Shown here in pieces: positions 34,747 to 43,599 of a DNA stretch of 64,000 nt. Below the pieces are notes generated by a model. It worked only from the letters and a program-made list of their open reading frames with translations, made no database searches and had not been told where the DNA came from. Position 1 is the first letter of the stretch. Every line of letters starts with the position of its first letter. Origin of the DNA: an uncultured Methylomirabilota bacterium (GTDB taxonomy: Bacteria; Methylomirabilota; Methylomirabilia; Methylomirabilales; 2-02-FULL-66-22). The stretch covers positions 928,001-992,000 of the forward strand of contig CAWJSJ010000005.1 of the NCBI GenBank assembly GCA_963845565.1, in the 5' to 3' direction. The translations under genes and the position numbers were made by a program.

Positions 34747-36249
34747 ATGGACACCTACGTATTGGCCCTGGATCAGGGCACGACCAGCTCCCGCGCGATC
34801 CTGTTCGACCGACAGGCCCGGGTGAAGGCGGTGGCCCAGCGGGAGTTCCGGCAGATCTACCCGCAGCCGGGTTGGGTGGAACACGACCCGCTGGAGATCT
34901 GGGAGAGCCAGCTCGCCGTGGCGCGGGAGGCCATCGCCTCGGCCGGGGTGACGGCGGCGCAGATCGCGGCCATCGGGATCACCAACCAGCGCGAGACGAC
35001 CGTCGTCTGGGATCGGCGCACCGGCACGCCTGTGCATAACGCCATCGTGTGGCAGTGCCGACGGTCGGCCGCGATCTGCGACGCGCTGAAGGCCGGCGGC
35101 TGGGAATCGGCGGTGCGGCAGCGCACGGGTCTCGTGATCGACGCGTACTTCTCGGGCACCAAGATCCAGTGGCTCCTGGAGCACGTGCCGGGCCTCCGCG
35201 CCCGGGCGGACGCCGGCGAGGTCTGCTTCGGCACGGTGGATACATGGCTCGGCTGGAAGCTCTCGGGGGGGCGGACCTGGGTGACGGACTACAGCAACGC
35301 CTCCCGGACGATGCTCTTCAACATCCACCAGCTCGCCTGGGATGCCAATCTGTGCGGCGCCCTGGGCGTGCCCGTGCGGATGCTGCCGGAGGTGCGACCG
35401 TCCAGCTTTCGGTACGGGCACACGACCCCGGATCTCTTCGGGGCCGAGATCCCCATCGCCGGTATCGCTGGGGACCAGCAGGCCTCCTTGTTCGGCCAGG
35501 CCTGCTTCGCGCCCGGAATGGCGAAGAACACCTACGGGACCGGCTGCTTCCTCTTGATCCACACGGGGGATCGGCCGGTGGCATCGCAGGCGGGCCTGCT
35601 CACGACGATCGCGGCCAGCCCCGTCGAGGGACGGGCCGAGTATGCCCTGGAGGGCAGTATCTTCATCGCGGGCGCGGCCATCCAGTGGTTGCGGGACGGG
35701 CTCCGGGTCATCGCCGACTCGGCGGAATCGGAAGCCCTGGCCGCCTCCGTGCCGGACACCGACGGCGTGTACTTCGTGCCGGCGTTCGTGGGCCTGGGTG
35801 CGCCGCACTGGGACATGTACGCGCGCGGCACCATCCTGGGCCTGACGCGCGGGACGACCCGCGCCCACCTGGTCCGCGCCGCGCTGGAGGCGATCGCGTA
35901 TCAGAGCCGCGAGGTGCTGGGGGCGGCGCTCTCCGACGCCGGCTTGACGCTGGCGGAGTTGCGGGTGGACGGCGGGGCCACGGCCAACAACCTGCTGATG
36001 CAGTTCCAGGCCGACATCCTGGCGACGCCGGTGGTCCGGCCGGTCGTCCGGGAGACGACGGCCCTGGGCGCGGCCTACCTCGCCGGCCTGGCCGTCGGCT
36101 ACTGGGCAAGCCGCGAGGAGATCGCGCAGAACTGGGCCGCCGACCGGCGGTTCCTGCCCCGGATGGAGCCGACGCGGCGGGAAGAGTTGTTCGCCGGCTG
36201 GCGCCGCGCCGTGGCCCGGGCGGCGGGGTGGGCCCAGCCGACGGGCTGA
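34747..36249 (+). CDS. glpK: Glycerol kinase
   Basis: [44 protein letters not shown]. Confidence 0.97.
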   Translation: MDTYVLALDQGTTSSRAILFDRQARVKAVAQREFRQIYPQPGWVEHDPLEIWESQLAVAREAIASAGVTAAQIAAIGITNQRETTVVWDRRTGTPVHNAIVWQCRRSAAICDALKAGGWESAVRQRTGLVIDAYFSGTKIQWLLEHVPGLRARADAGEVCFGTVDTWLGWKLSGGRTWVTDYSNASRTMLFNIHQLAWDANLCGALGVPVRMLPEVRPSSFRYGHTTPDLFGAEIPIAGIAGDQQASLFGQACFAPGMAKNTYGTGCFLLIHTGDRPVASQAGLLTTIAASPVEGRAEYALEGSIFIAGAAIQWLRDGLRVIADSAESEALAASVPDTDGVYFVPAFVGLGAPHWDMYARGTILGLTRGTTRAHLVRAALEAIAYQSREVLGAALSDAGLTLAELRVDGGATANNLLMQFQADILATPVVRPVVRETTALGAAYLAGLAVGYWASREEIAQNWAADRRFLPRMEPTRREELFAGWRRAVARAAGWAQPTG

Positions 36250-36639
36250 TATGCCCGGAGGTGCGAGAAGCAACGCCGAGGCGGCGCACGGGATCAGGGC
36301 ACACGGATGCGTCGTGCGACGCGGAAACGAATTGGCCCCGTGCGATCAGTGGTGTCGCACGGGGCCGGTATTTTTGGAGGACGCCTTCCGGCGTCTGGCA
36401 TGCGCACGGTGTGACCCCGGATGTCACAGTGGTCGGATAGGCTGGAGCACGCGGGGACCAGGGTTGTCCTCGAAACCTGCTTGGCGCCAACAGTGGCTTG
36501 ACGGCCATGACGGCTGGCGGTAGCGTGGCCCGACAATCAGCAGCGGTCAGCCACGCCGGGAGGGGGGAAACGGGGGCGGCCGGTGTGCCTTCTGGTGTCG
36601 GACCATCACGGCCCTGCGCGACACGTGCGTCGCCCAGGG

Positions 36640-36830
36640 CCGTTTTGCGTTGTGGCGAACGCGCGTCGGGCGGTTTCCAGTGAGTTTGCGGTTTTGATAT
36701 CGCAATATGCGACATCAAACGAACAGGCCGGCCGGCGGAAGCTCTTGAATGCTTTCACGGAGCCCGGTGCGATCGTGACCGCCGACGTCCGCAACAGCGA
36801 CTGGGCCATCGAGGTCGGCGCGTATCCAGA
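36640..36830 (+). pseudogene. Degenerate ORF6N-domain gene fragment
   Basis: [47 protein letters not shown] aligns with the core of the neighbouring ORF6N proteins (..[14 protein letters not shown].., ..AFTEHGALMAANVLRS..AVDV). Confidence 0.65.
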
Positions 36831-36866
36831 GGCACCAGAGGGGCGCCTGGTAGAGTGGAGATTTCG

Positions 36867-37169
36867 ATGTCTGAGCGGAGTCTGATTCCGGTGGAGCGGA
36901 TCGAAGGGGCAATCCTCATGCTTAGAGGCCATAAGGTCCTCCTTGACACCGATCTTGCGGCCATGTACGGGGTTGAAACCAAAGCCCTGGTACGTGCGGT
37001 CAAGCGCAACCAAGAGCGCTTTCCGAGCGACTTCATGTTTCAGCTATTGCCCGACGAGTTTGAGGGTTTGAGGTACCATTTTGGCACCTCGAAGTCCCGG
37101 GGCGGCCGGCGGTACCTTCCCTACGCCTTCACCGAACAAGGCGTTGGGATGCTCTCCAGTGTCCTCTAG
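36867..37169 (+). pseudogene. ORF6N domain protein, C-terminally truncated
   Basis: [55 protein letters not shown] then TAG; the tail present in the adjacent paralog is missing. Confidence 0.8.
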
Positions 37170-37182
37170 AGCGGGAGGGAAG

Positions 37183-37800
37183 GTGTCCACACGTGAGCAA
37201 GGTCTACCATCTGCCGCGGTGCGCGTCGAAGACATGATCGTGGCCGTTCGAGGTGAACGGGTAATCTTGGACCACGATTTGGCACGGCTCTATGATGTCA
37301 CGACCAAAGCGTTGAACCAGGCAGTGAAGCGGAACCCCGGACGCTTTCCTTCCGAGTTTATGTTTCGGCTCACTTTTCAAGAGGTTGCGGACTTGAAATC
37401 AGAATCTGTGACGTCAAGAACCAGGACGAACCGGTCACAAGTTGTGACCGGTTCCAAGAAGCACCGAAATCCCCGGTTCCCTCCGTATGCGTTCACGGAA
37501 CACGGCGCCCTCATGGCCGCGAACGTTCTGCGCAGCCCCCAAGCGGTGGACGTGAGCGTGTTTGTGGTTCGTGCGTTTGTCCGGCTTCGCCGGTCCCTGA
37601 CCCACCACGCCGATCTTGCCTACCGCCTTGACAATCTCGAGAAGAAATACGACGCCCAGTTCAAGGTCGTCTTCGACGCCATCCGCCAACTCATGGCCCC
37701 GCCGCCGAAACCAAGGCGCTCCATTGGGTTCAAGGTCGAGGAGGGCCGGCCCGTATACCGGCGACGTCGTCGGCATCGGAGTAACGGCGTAACGGAGTGA
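37183..37800 (+). CDS. ORF6N domain DNA-binding protein
   Basis: RGERVILDHDLARLYDVTTKALNQAVKRNPGRFPSEFMF, YAFTEHGALM, YDAQFKVVFDAIRQLM, IGF. Confidence 0.9.
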   Translation: MSTREQGLPSAAVRVEDMIVAVRGERVILDHDLARLYDVTTKALNQAVKRNPGRFPSEFMFRLTFQEVADLKSESVTSRTRTNRSQVVTGSKKHRNPRFPPYAFTEHGALMAANVLRSPQAVDVSVFVVRAFVRLRRSLTHHADLAYRLDNLEKKYDAQFKVVFDAIRQLMAPPPKPRRSIGFKVEEGRPVYRRRRRHRSNGVTE

Positions 37801-38027
37801 CCCGCGCCACTGTCCCTGTCGAATATCCCTGTCGCCCGCCGGCTTTCGCGTCGAGCAAGGCGGACGGATGTATCCGCGTAGCCCTCGGCAGCGGAAGAGC
37901 ACGATAAAGATTTGACCTCCACCGCTGTCGCTGCCGGCCATCCCTGTCGCCCCGTCGGTACCGCACGCGGCGGCCGAGCGGCCGGCGGGGGCAGTGAGTG
38001 CGGACGCGGCACACTCGGCCGCAGAGC

Positions 38028-38119
38028 GTCGCCCCCCGCGCGGGGGCGCGGATTGAAACTGAATCATCAGGTCATGGCAGATCGTGCAGAACGGTCGCCC
38101 CCCGCGGGGCGTGAGGATT
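38028..38119 (+). CRISPR. Orphan CRISPR mini-array 1 (type I-C-like repeat, one 34-bp spacer, degenerate second repeat)
   Basis: 32-bp repeat GTCGCCCCCCGCGCGGGGGCGCGGATTGAAAC (38028-38059); spacer 38060-38093; GTCGCCCCCCGCGGGGCGTGAGGATT from 38094. Confidence 0.8.
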
Positions 38120-38325
38120 TGGCCCTGGTCCGACTCGCGGCAGATGCCGGCGACGGAGGCAATCGGGAGAGTGCGGCCGGATCTATAAGCCGAGCGTGGA
38201 GAAAAGCCGGGTGGCGGCTTCAGGGAGCGGGTAGGTCTCGACGTCCTTGAGAGCGGCAGTGATCTGCTGGTGAAAGTCGGTCAGGCGTCTGTCTTACCGA
38301 TTAAATTACCTATTACCATTACTTA

Positions 38326-39368
38326 TTACCCAATACGCCGCCATTTGGCCTGCTTTCCGCGACCAAGGCACTCGACGGACTTCTCCGAGGCCATGTCCTT
38401 CAATACCTTCCGAATCATGTCCAGGCTGACCTCCGGGCACCTCTTGTGCAGTTCGTTTACATGAAACGCCCCGACGAAACCCGCTACGGCTTGCCGGACG
38501 GCCTCGGTCTTTTCTCCGAGTGGCGGGGGGTGTTTTCATAGCGTGCTTCGAATTCCTGGTACACCTGTTTCAACGTGTAGAGAAGGTAGTTCACATACGG
38601 CCAGGGATCGTGCCTTCCGTCATGCCACCCCTGTGAACTCGCCTGAAGAGTCTCGTAGTAGCGATCCTTGCTCTGCTCAATGAGGCGTTCCAGGCTGATG
38701 TAGCGACCGGCGGTGAAACCGAGATGGTAAAGCGACTGCAGGAGCAGCAAACGCGACACACGGCCATTGCCGTCACGGAACGGGTGAATGCACAAGAAAT
38801 CGAGGTTCTGGGCGGCCCAGATGACGAGCGGAGGGACCTGTTTGTCTTGAATGGTTTGGTCCGAGAGTCTGCAAAGCTGCTCCATGGCAGCGGGGGTCTC
38901 CTTGGCGGAAAGGGGGCGGAAGCGGACTGTGACGCGGCCATCCTGGTGTTTTTCGATTATCTCGCCGTCCGCTATTTTGAAGCACCCACGGTCCCAGATC
39001 TGCGGGCGGATCAGAGCATGGAGTCGCAGGATAGTCTCCGGCGACACCGAGAGCGTGGCGTGCTGTTCATGGATCAGAGACAGCGCTGTTTGGTACCCGC
39101 GTACCTCCTGTTCGTTGCGGTCCTGTAAATGGCTCTTGCCGAAGATCACGGTGCCGACCCGTCGTTGATCGATCTCTACTCCCTCGATCCGATTAGAGGC
39201 GACCGCACTTTCGATCAGGGCGTGTTCGCGCAGCACCTTCAGTCTTTGAGGCGATTGTCTTGTAAACAGTTCCTGCTTGCCGCGGTATTCGGCGAGATCG
39301 TTCAACAGCCAGACAGTGGCCGTAGGGATCTGGGGCAGTTGACGGAAGAACTGTTCCAGTGTTCTCAT
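38326..39368 (-). CDS. Fic family protein with C-terminal HTH-like domain, frameshifted at homopolymer 38525-38530
   Basis: HPFRDGNGRVSR Fic motif, SNRIEG inhibitory-type motif; tail LGEKTEAV...SLDMIRKVLK...GRGKQAKWRRIG lies in a shifted frame ending TAA at 38326; visibly lower GC. Confidence 0.88.
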
Positions 39369-39689
39369 GTTCGTTCTTAATTCTCGATTGTTGATTTTCA
39401 GGGGCACGGTACGATGGCGCCCTGTTTCTGGACCGCAAGCCCGCCAGGGGTGGGCCCACCGGACCGACCACGGGGTGCCGGGCTCGCGGCTTGCGTCCTC
39501 GTGGGTCAGGGGGAAGTATCTGGCGGACCAGAGACGAACGTCAAGGGGAAAGACGGACCCTCGAAAGCCGGGTCATGAGGGGACGTGATCCCGGACAGCG
39601 TACAGACGCTGCGGACGGCCCGCTCGGCGCGCTACGCCCGTTCCGCGGACCGAGCCGACTTCGTCTCCTTCGATCCATCAAACTTTGCG

Positions 39690-39768
39690 AGCCTCCCCCG
39701 CACGTGGGCGTGGATTGAAACTCACCCCTGACGCCTCCCGCCTCACGATGCTGTTATCGCCCCCCGCA
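39690..39768 (+). CRISPR. Orphan CRISPR mini-array 2 (degenerate type I-C-like repeat, 34-bp spacer, truncated repeat)
   Basis: GCCTCCCCCGCACGTGGGCGTGGATTGAAAC ends at 39721; exactly 34 bp later ATCGCCCCCCGCA (39756-39768), the 5' half of the repeat. Confidence 0.65.
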
Positions 39769-39860
39769 TCGCTGCAACTTGATCTGGATCAAGGCGGGCG
39801 GCGGGGCAGTGGGGCATGATGGGGTCAGGTTTTCGGCCGATCTGCTGGAGGGCACACATC

Positions 39861-40472
39861 ATGGACGCACACGCGCCGGGTCCGGTTCCGACTTCCTCGA
39901 GCGACGACTCGCCCATCGCGATTCTCGCGGAGGAGCACGCGCTGATCCTCCGGGCCGTGGAACTCTTGGAGCGCGGCCTGGCCCGGCTGGAAGCGGGAAC
40001 GTCCATGGGCGGGCCGTTCTTCGCGGCGTTGGTGGAGTTCTTCCAGGTCTTCGCGGATCGGTACCATCACGGCAAGGAGGAGGGTATTTTGTTCCCGTTC
40101 ATGGTGGCGGAGATGGACTACCCCCAGAAGAGCGGCCCGGTCGGGGTGCTGTCCTCGGACCACACGGCTGGCCGGGCCCATGTCCGGGCCATGGCCGATG
40201 CGGCGGCCCGGCTGGAGGCGGAGCCTGCGGTAGCGTCGGAACTCCTGGAGCACGGCCAGGCGTATGCGGTGCTCCTTCGTGCGCACATTGACCGCGAGGA
40301 TCACAAGGTGTTCCCGACGGTCGAAGACTTCCTCGGGTCGGACGAGCGCGCCGGTCTCTGCGCGGCGTTCGCTCGATTCGAGTCGGCGGAAGGGGGACAG
40401 CGCACCGCGGCGCACTACGCGGACGTGGTCGGGGTGCTGGAACGTGACATGGGATGGCCGGATCGCTCGTGA
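39861..40472 (+). CDS. Hemerythrin domain protein
   Basis: LAEEH, HHGKEEGILFP, DH, HIDRED..FP. Confidence 0.88.
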   Translation: MDAHAPGPVPTSSSDDSPIAILAEEHALILRAVELLERGLARLEAGTSMGGPFFAALVEFFQVFADRYHHGKEEGILFPFMVAEMDYPQKSGPVGVLSSDHTAGRAHVRAMADAAARLEAEPAVASELLEHGQAYAVLLRAHIDREDHKVFPTVEDFLGSDERAGLCAAFARFESAEGGQRTAAHYADVVGVLERDMGWPDRS

Positions 40473-40550
40473 GGCTGCGGGCGACCGCGCGGCGACGGCC
40501 AGGACCGCAACCACATTTGGAGACGGGTGAGAGCAGAAAGGGATAGCGTC

Positions 40551-41144
40551 ATGTCGAATCACGAGCATGGACATCACCATGGCGAGGAGGGGGCGACCCC
40601 CACGCAGATCCTGATGGCGGAGCACGAACTGATCCTCCAGGCGCTCGAGGCGCTGGGGAAGCGGCTGGATCGGATGGGTGACGACCCGACGCCGGCGGAT
40701 CGGGTCTACTTCGAGAAGGCCGTCGAATTCCTGCGAGGGTTCGCCGACAAGTGCCACCACGGGAAGGAAGAGGATCTCCTGTTCAAGCGGTTGGGCGAGC
40801 AGGGCTTCCCCACCCAGGGTGGGCCGATCGCGGTGATGTTGTCGGAGCACCAGGCCGGCCGGGCCTTCATCCGCGGGATCGCGGAGGGGGCGGCCAAGAT
40901 CGGGTCGGACCCCCGGGCCGCGGAGACGATCCGGCACAACGGCTGGGGGTACATCGAGTTGCTCCGCAATCACATCGCCAAGGAGAACCAGGTCCTATTC
41001 CCGATGGCGGATCGGGCTTTGTCGGCCGAGGATCAGCACGATCTCGCGCACGCCTTTGAGCGGTTCGAAGCGCAGGAGACGGGGGCCGGCGTCCACGAGC
41101 GGATGGTCGGGCTGCTCCAGGAGCTGCGCGCTGGCGCCGGGTAG
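40551..41144 (+). CDS. Hemerythrin domain protein
   Basis: LMAEH, CHHGKEEDLLF, GGPIAVMLSEH, HIAKENQVLFP. Confidence 0.92.
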   Translation: MSNHEHGHHHGEEGATPTQILMAEHELILQALEALGKRLDRMGDDPTPADRVYFEKAVEFLRGFADKCHHGKEEDLLFKRLGEQGFPTQGGPIAVMLSEHQAGRAFIRGIAEGAAKIGSDPRAAETIRHNGWGYIELLRNHIAKENQVLFPMADRALSAEDQHDLAHAFERFEAQETGAGVHERMVGLLQELRAGAG

Positions 41145-41220
41145 CCCAACGCGAACTGTTTGAACCGCCAAGGCGCCAAGGACGCCAAGACGATTAGGGT
41201 TGAGAGCGGATTCAGGATGG

Positions 41221-41373
41221 CAAGCTGCTGAAGAAACTCACTCTCGTGCAGGCTGTTCAAAAAGGTCCAGATGCAAGGCGGTGTGCGGATGCCCGAGTGA
41301 GGCGTACTGGAGGTACGCCGCAGCGAGTGGCGAGGCGCGCCAACGCCGCAGATGGGCGTTTTTCAACGGCCTG
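41221..41373. repeat. Family A MITE/REP-like element, copy 5
   Basis: CAGGCTGTTCAAAAAGGTCCAGATGCAAGGCG...GGCGTTTTTCAACGGCCTG. Confidence 0.88.
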
Positions 41374-41385
41374 CGAGGAGGGGCC

Positions 41386-41868
41386 ATGGAGACGATGCTG
41401 ATCCAAGAATTTCGGGCCGACCACCAGCGGATCCGCGGGGCCCTGTTGCGACTCCACCGGGCCATCGAGGATGGCGACGTTCCCCTCGTGCGGACGATCC
41501 TGGGAGGCGCCGATACCTTGCTGGGAGCGCACTTCAAGTTCGAGGAGCTGCACTTGTACCCGGCCCTCTCCGGATTTCTCGGCGACGACGGCGTCCGGCA
41601 GATGTTTCACGAGCACGACAGCATCTTCCAGGGCGTCGGCGACCTCATCGGGCTGGCCCAGCAAGCCACCTGGGCCGATCCGGAACGGGATGCGGCGCTG
41701 GAACATCTCGGGCTCGTTGGCGACCACCCCGAGAACTGCGACGACCTCTGCCGCTACATCGAGCGCCTCCCGACCGCCCAGCAGGAATCGCTGCTGGCGG
41801 AGATGCACGCGATCCGGCGGGAACGTCCCGCGTTCACCGCCTACGCGACCGAACGACGAATCGCCTAA
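41386..41868 (+). CDS. Divergent hemerythrin-like protein
   Basis: GAGGAGG RBS; ADH, HFKFEELHLYP, MFHEH. Confidence 0.75.
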   Translation: METMLIQEFRADHQRIRGALLRLHRAIEDGDVPLVRTILGGADTLLGAHFKFEELHLYPALSGFLGDDGVRQMFHEHDSIFQGVGDLIGLAQQATWADPERDAALEHLGLVGDHPENCDDLCRYIERLPTAQQESLLAEMHAIRRERPAFTAYATERRIA

Positions 41869-42020
41869 CAGGCCGCTGAAAACGGCCCATCTGCGGCGTT
41901 GGGCTGCTTAGGCACTCGTTGCGGCGTACGCGCAGTACGCCTCACTCGGCCTTGCGCATCCCGCCTGGCATCTGGACCGTTTTGAGCGGCCTGGGGAGAA
42001 GCGAGTTTTTCCGCATCCTG
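41869..42020. repeat. Family A MITE/REP-like element, copy 6
   Basis: Starts immediately after the TAA stop: CAGGCCGCTGAAAACGGCCCATCTGC...TTTTTCCGCATCCTG. Confidence 0.88.
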
Positions 42021-42133
42021 CTGGTCATTCGGTCCGCATCCTCCGATCCGCATCCTTACGGCACCACCGCCACGAAGATTTGATGGTTCCGCTCGGCGTC
42101 CGTGCGGTATTGACGCGACACGAGACGCGGGGC

Positions 42134-42162
42134 TTGACACTCCCTGGGGTTCCACATAGACT
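42134..42162 (+). promoter_or_regulatory. Sigma70-type promoter of the ABC operon
   Basis: TTGACA-17 bp-TAGACT; near-identical copy at 46759. Confidence 0.7.
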
Positions 42163-42189
42163 GCCATCGAACTGATCGCCGTTCCCCCG

Positions 42190-42270
42190 TCCTCGTCGCG
42201 GAGGGCAGAGACCAGGAGAAAGCCCCAGCGGTCGGCGGGTCGTCGTCCTGCGCTGGGGTTTGGTGTTTCT
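42190..42270 (+). promoter_or_regulatory. Putative GlpP-type attenuator leader
   Basis: TCCTCG..GGGCAGAGACCAGGAGAAAG + stem AAGCCCCAGCG/CGCTGGGGTTT + GGTGTTTC; same layout as the glpP leader. Confidence 0.6.
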
Positions 42271-42305
42271 GAATGGGCAGATCGCAACAGACAAGGAGGG
42301 AACCA

Positions 42306-43430
42306 ATGAAGAATCTCTGGAGGCTCCTCGGAGTGGCGGTTGTCGCGGTTCTGCTGCTGGGGGCGCCGGCGGCGGCCCAGCAGATCGAAAATGAATTCTA
42401 TCTCATCACCCCGGTCTCCAAGGATGTCCATGATCCGGCCCTGAAGGCCTTCGCGGCGTATGTGAAGAAGAAGTATGACGTGAATCTCAAGACCAGCGCC
42501 ATGCCGCAGGGTACACCGGTCGCGTATGGCCAGATCGTCGAGTGGAAGGGGAAGCCTCAGGCGGACGTTTTCTGGGGCGGAGAGGGGACGCTGTTCGACC
42601 TGCTGGCCGACCAGGGCCTCCTGGACAAGGTGACCATCCCCAAGGCGATGTGGGATGAGATCCCGGCCACGATCGGCAAACCCGTCGGGCTTCCCCTGAA
42701 AGACCCCAAAGGGTTCTGGGTGGGGACGACGCTGGAACCGTACGGCCTCATCTACCAGCCGACGCTGCTCAAGCGCATGGGCGTGGAGATCAAGGACTGG
42801 GACGATTTGCTCAATCCCAAACTGAAGGGTCATATTGCCCAGTGCACGCCGGACCGGTCGAGCTCGAGCCATGCGAGCTACGAAGTCATCCTGGCCATGC
42901 ACGGCTGGGAAAAGGGATGGGATTGGCTGACCAAGCTGGCGGCCAACACGGGAATCTTCACGGCCCGTTCCCGTGACGTGCCGAGCGTGGTGGCCAAAGG
43001 CGAGTTTGCCGTCGGTGTGGCAGTCCCCAGTTATATGGCCTTCGCCGAAGTTCTCGGCGGTTATGACGTGATGTTCGTTTACCCCAAGAACGCCTACGTG
43101 ACCCCCGAACCGATGGCGGTGCTCAAGGGCGCCCCCCACCCCAAGGCTGCCCACGCCTTCATCGAGTTCCTGCTGACCGAGGAAGGTCAGCGAGTCTTCA
43201 TGGAGCGCGGCCTCTACCCCATCACCTCCAAGTACAAGGTGCAGGGCGCCCCCGGCTCTGCCGCGGAGAAGGCGGTCCAGTTCACCGCCGGCATCCGCTC
43301 CTTCTATGACATCCAGGTCGGCAACGTCTACGACCCGAAGATCGCCGGCGAGAAGAAGCGGAACGAGGACGTGAACGCCTACTTCCGGAAGGAGATCGCC
43401 GAGAAGCACAAGGAAATCATCAAGAAGTAA
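42306..43430 (+). CDS. ABC transporter substrate-binding protein (Fe3+/sugar-phosphate AfuA/PgtC-like family)
   Basis: AAGGAGG RBS, signal peptide, PQADVFWGG, PDRSSS, GWEKGW, AHAFIEFLLTEEGQ. Confidence 0.88.
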   Translation: MKNLWRLLGVAVVAVLLLGAPAAAQQIENEFYLITPVSKDVHDPALKAFAAYVKKKYDVNLKTSAMPQGTPVAYGQIVEWKGKPQADVFWGGEGTLFDLLADQGLLDKVTIPKAMWDEIPATIGKPVGLPLKDPKGFWVGTTLEPYGLIYQPTLLKRMGVEIKDWDDLLNPKLKGHIAQCTPDRSSSSHASYEVILAMHGWEKGWDWLTKLAANTGIFTARSRDVPSVVAKGEFAVGVAVPSYMAFAEVLGGYDVMFVYPKNAYVTPEPMAVLKGAPHPKAAHAFIEFLLTEEGQRVFMERGLYPITSKYKVQGAPGSAAEKAVQFTAGIRSFYDIQVGNVYDPKIAGEKKRNEDVNAYFRKEIAEKHKEIIKK

Positions 43431-43443
43431 TATCCGGTTGCCT

Positions 43444-43585
43444 CAGGTTGCTCAAAGAGGTCCAGATGCAAGGCGGTTAGCCGCAGGCGGGGTACCCAGG
43501 CCGCTGGGTCCAGACGTACTGGAGGTACGTCGCAGCGAGTGCCGAGGCAAACCAACGCTGCAGATGGGCCTTTTTGAGCAGCCTG
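43444..43585. repeat. Family A MITE/REP-like element, copy 7 (intra-operon, outer unit absent)
   Basis: CAGGTTGCTCAAAGAGGTCCAGATGCAAGGCG...GGCCTTTTTGAGCAGCCTG. Confidence 0.88.
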
Positions 43586-43599
43586 ACATGGGTCGAGCG

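Noticed and set aside
36409..36429. TGTGA...TCACA palindrome resembling a CRP/FNR site
   Set aside because: The spacer is 9 bp instead of 6, and no associated promoter is evident.
38408..38418. TTC followed by CGAATCAT within the Fic tail, matching positions 2-8 of spacer 1
   Set aside because: Only 7 nt, found post hoc; a longer chance match without a PAM exists near 15070, so this is not evidence of self-targeting.
39395..39520. CCCCTGA 7-8 nt matches between spacer 2 and the fic upstream region
   Set aside because: Too short, and not in register with a TTC PAM.
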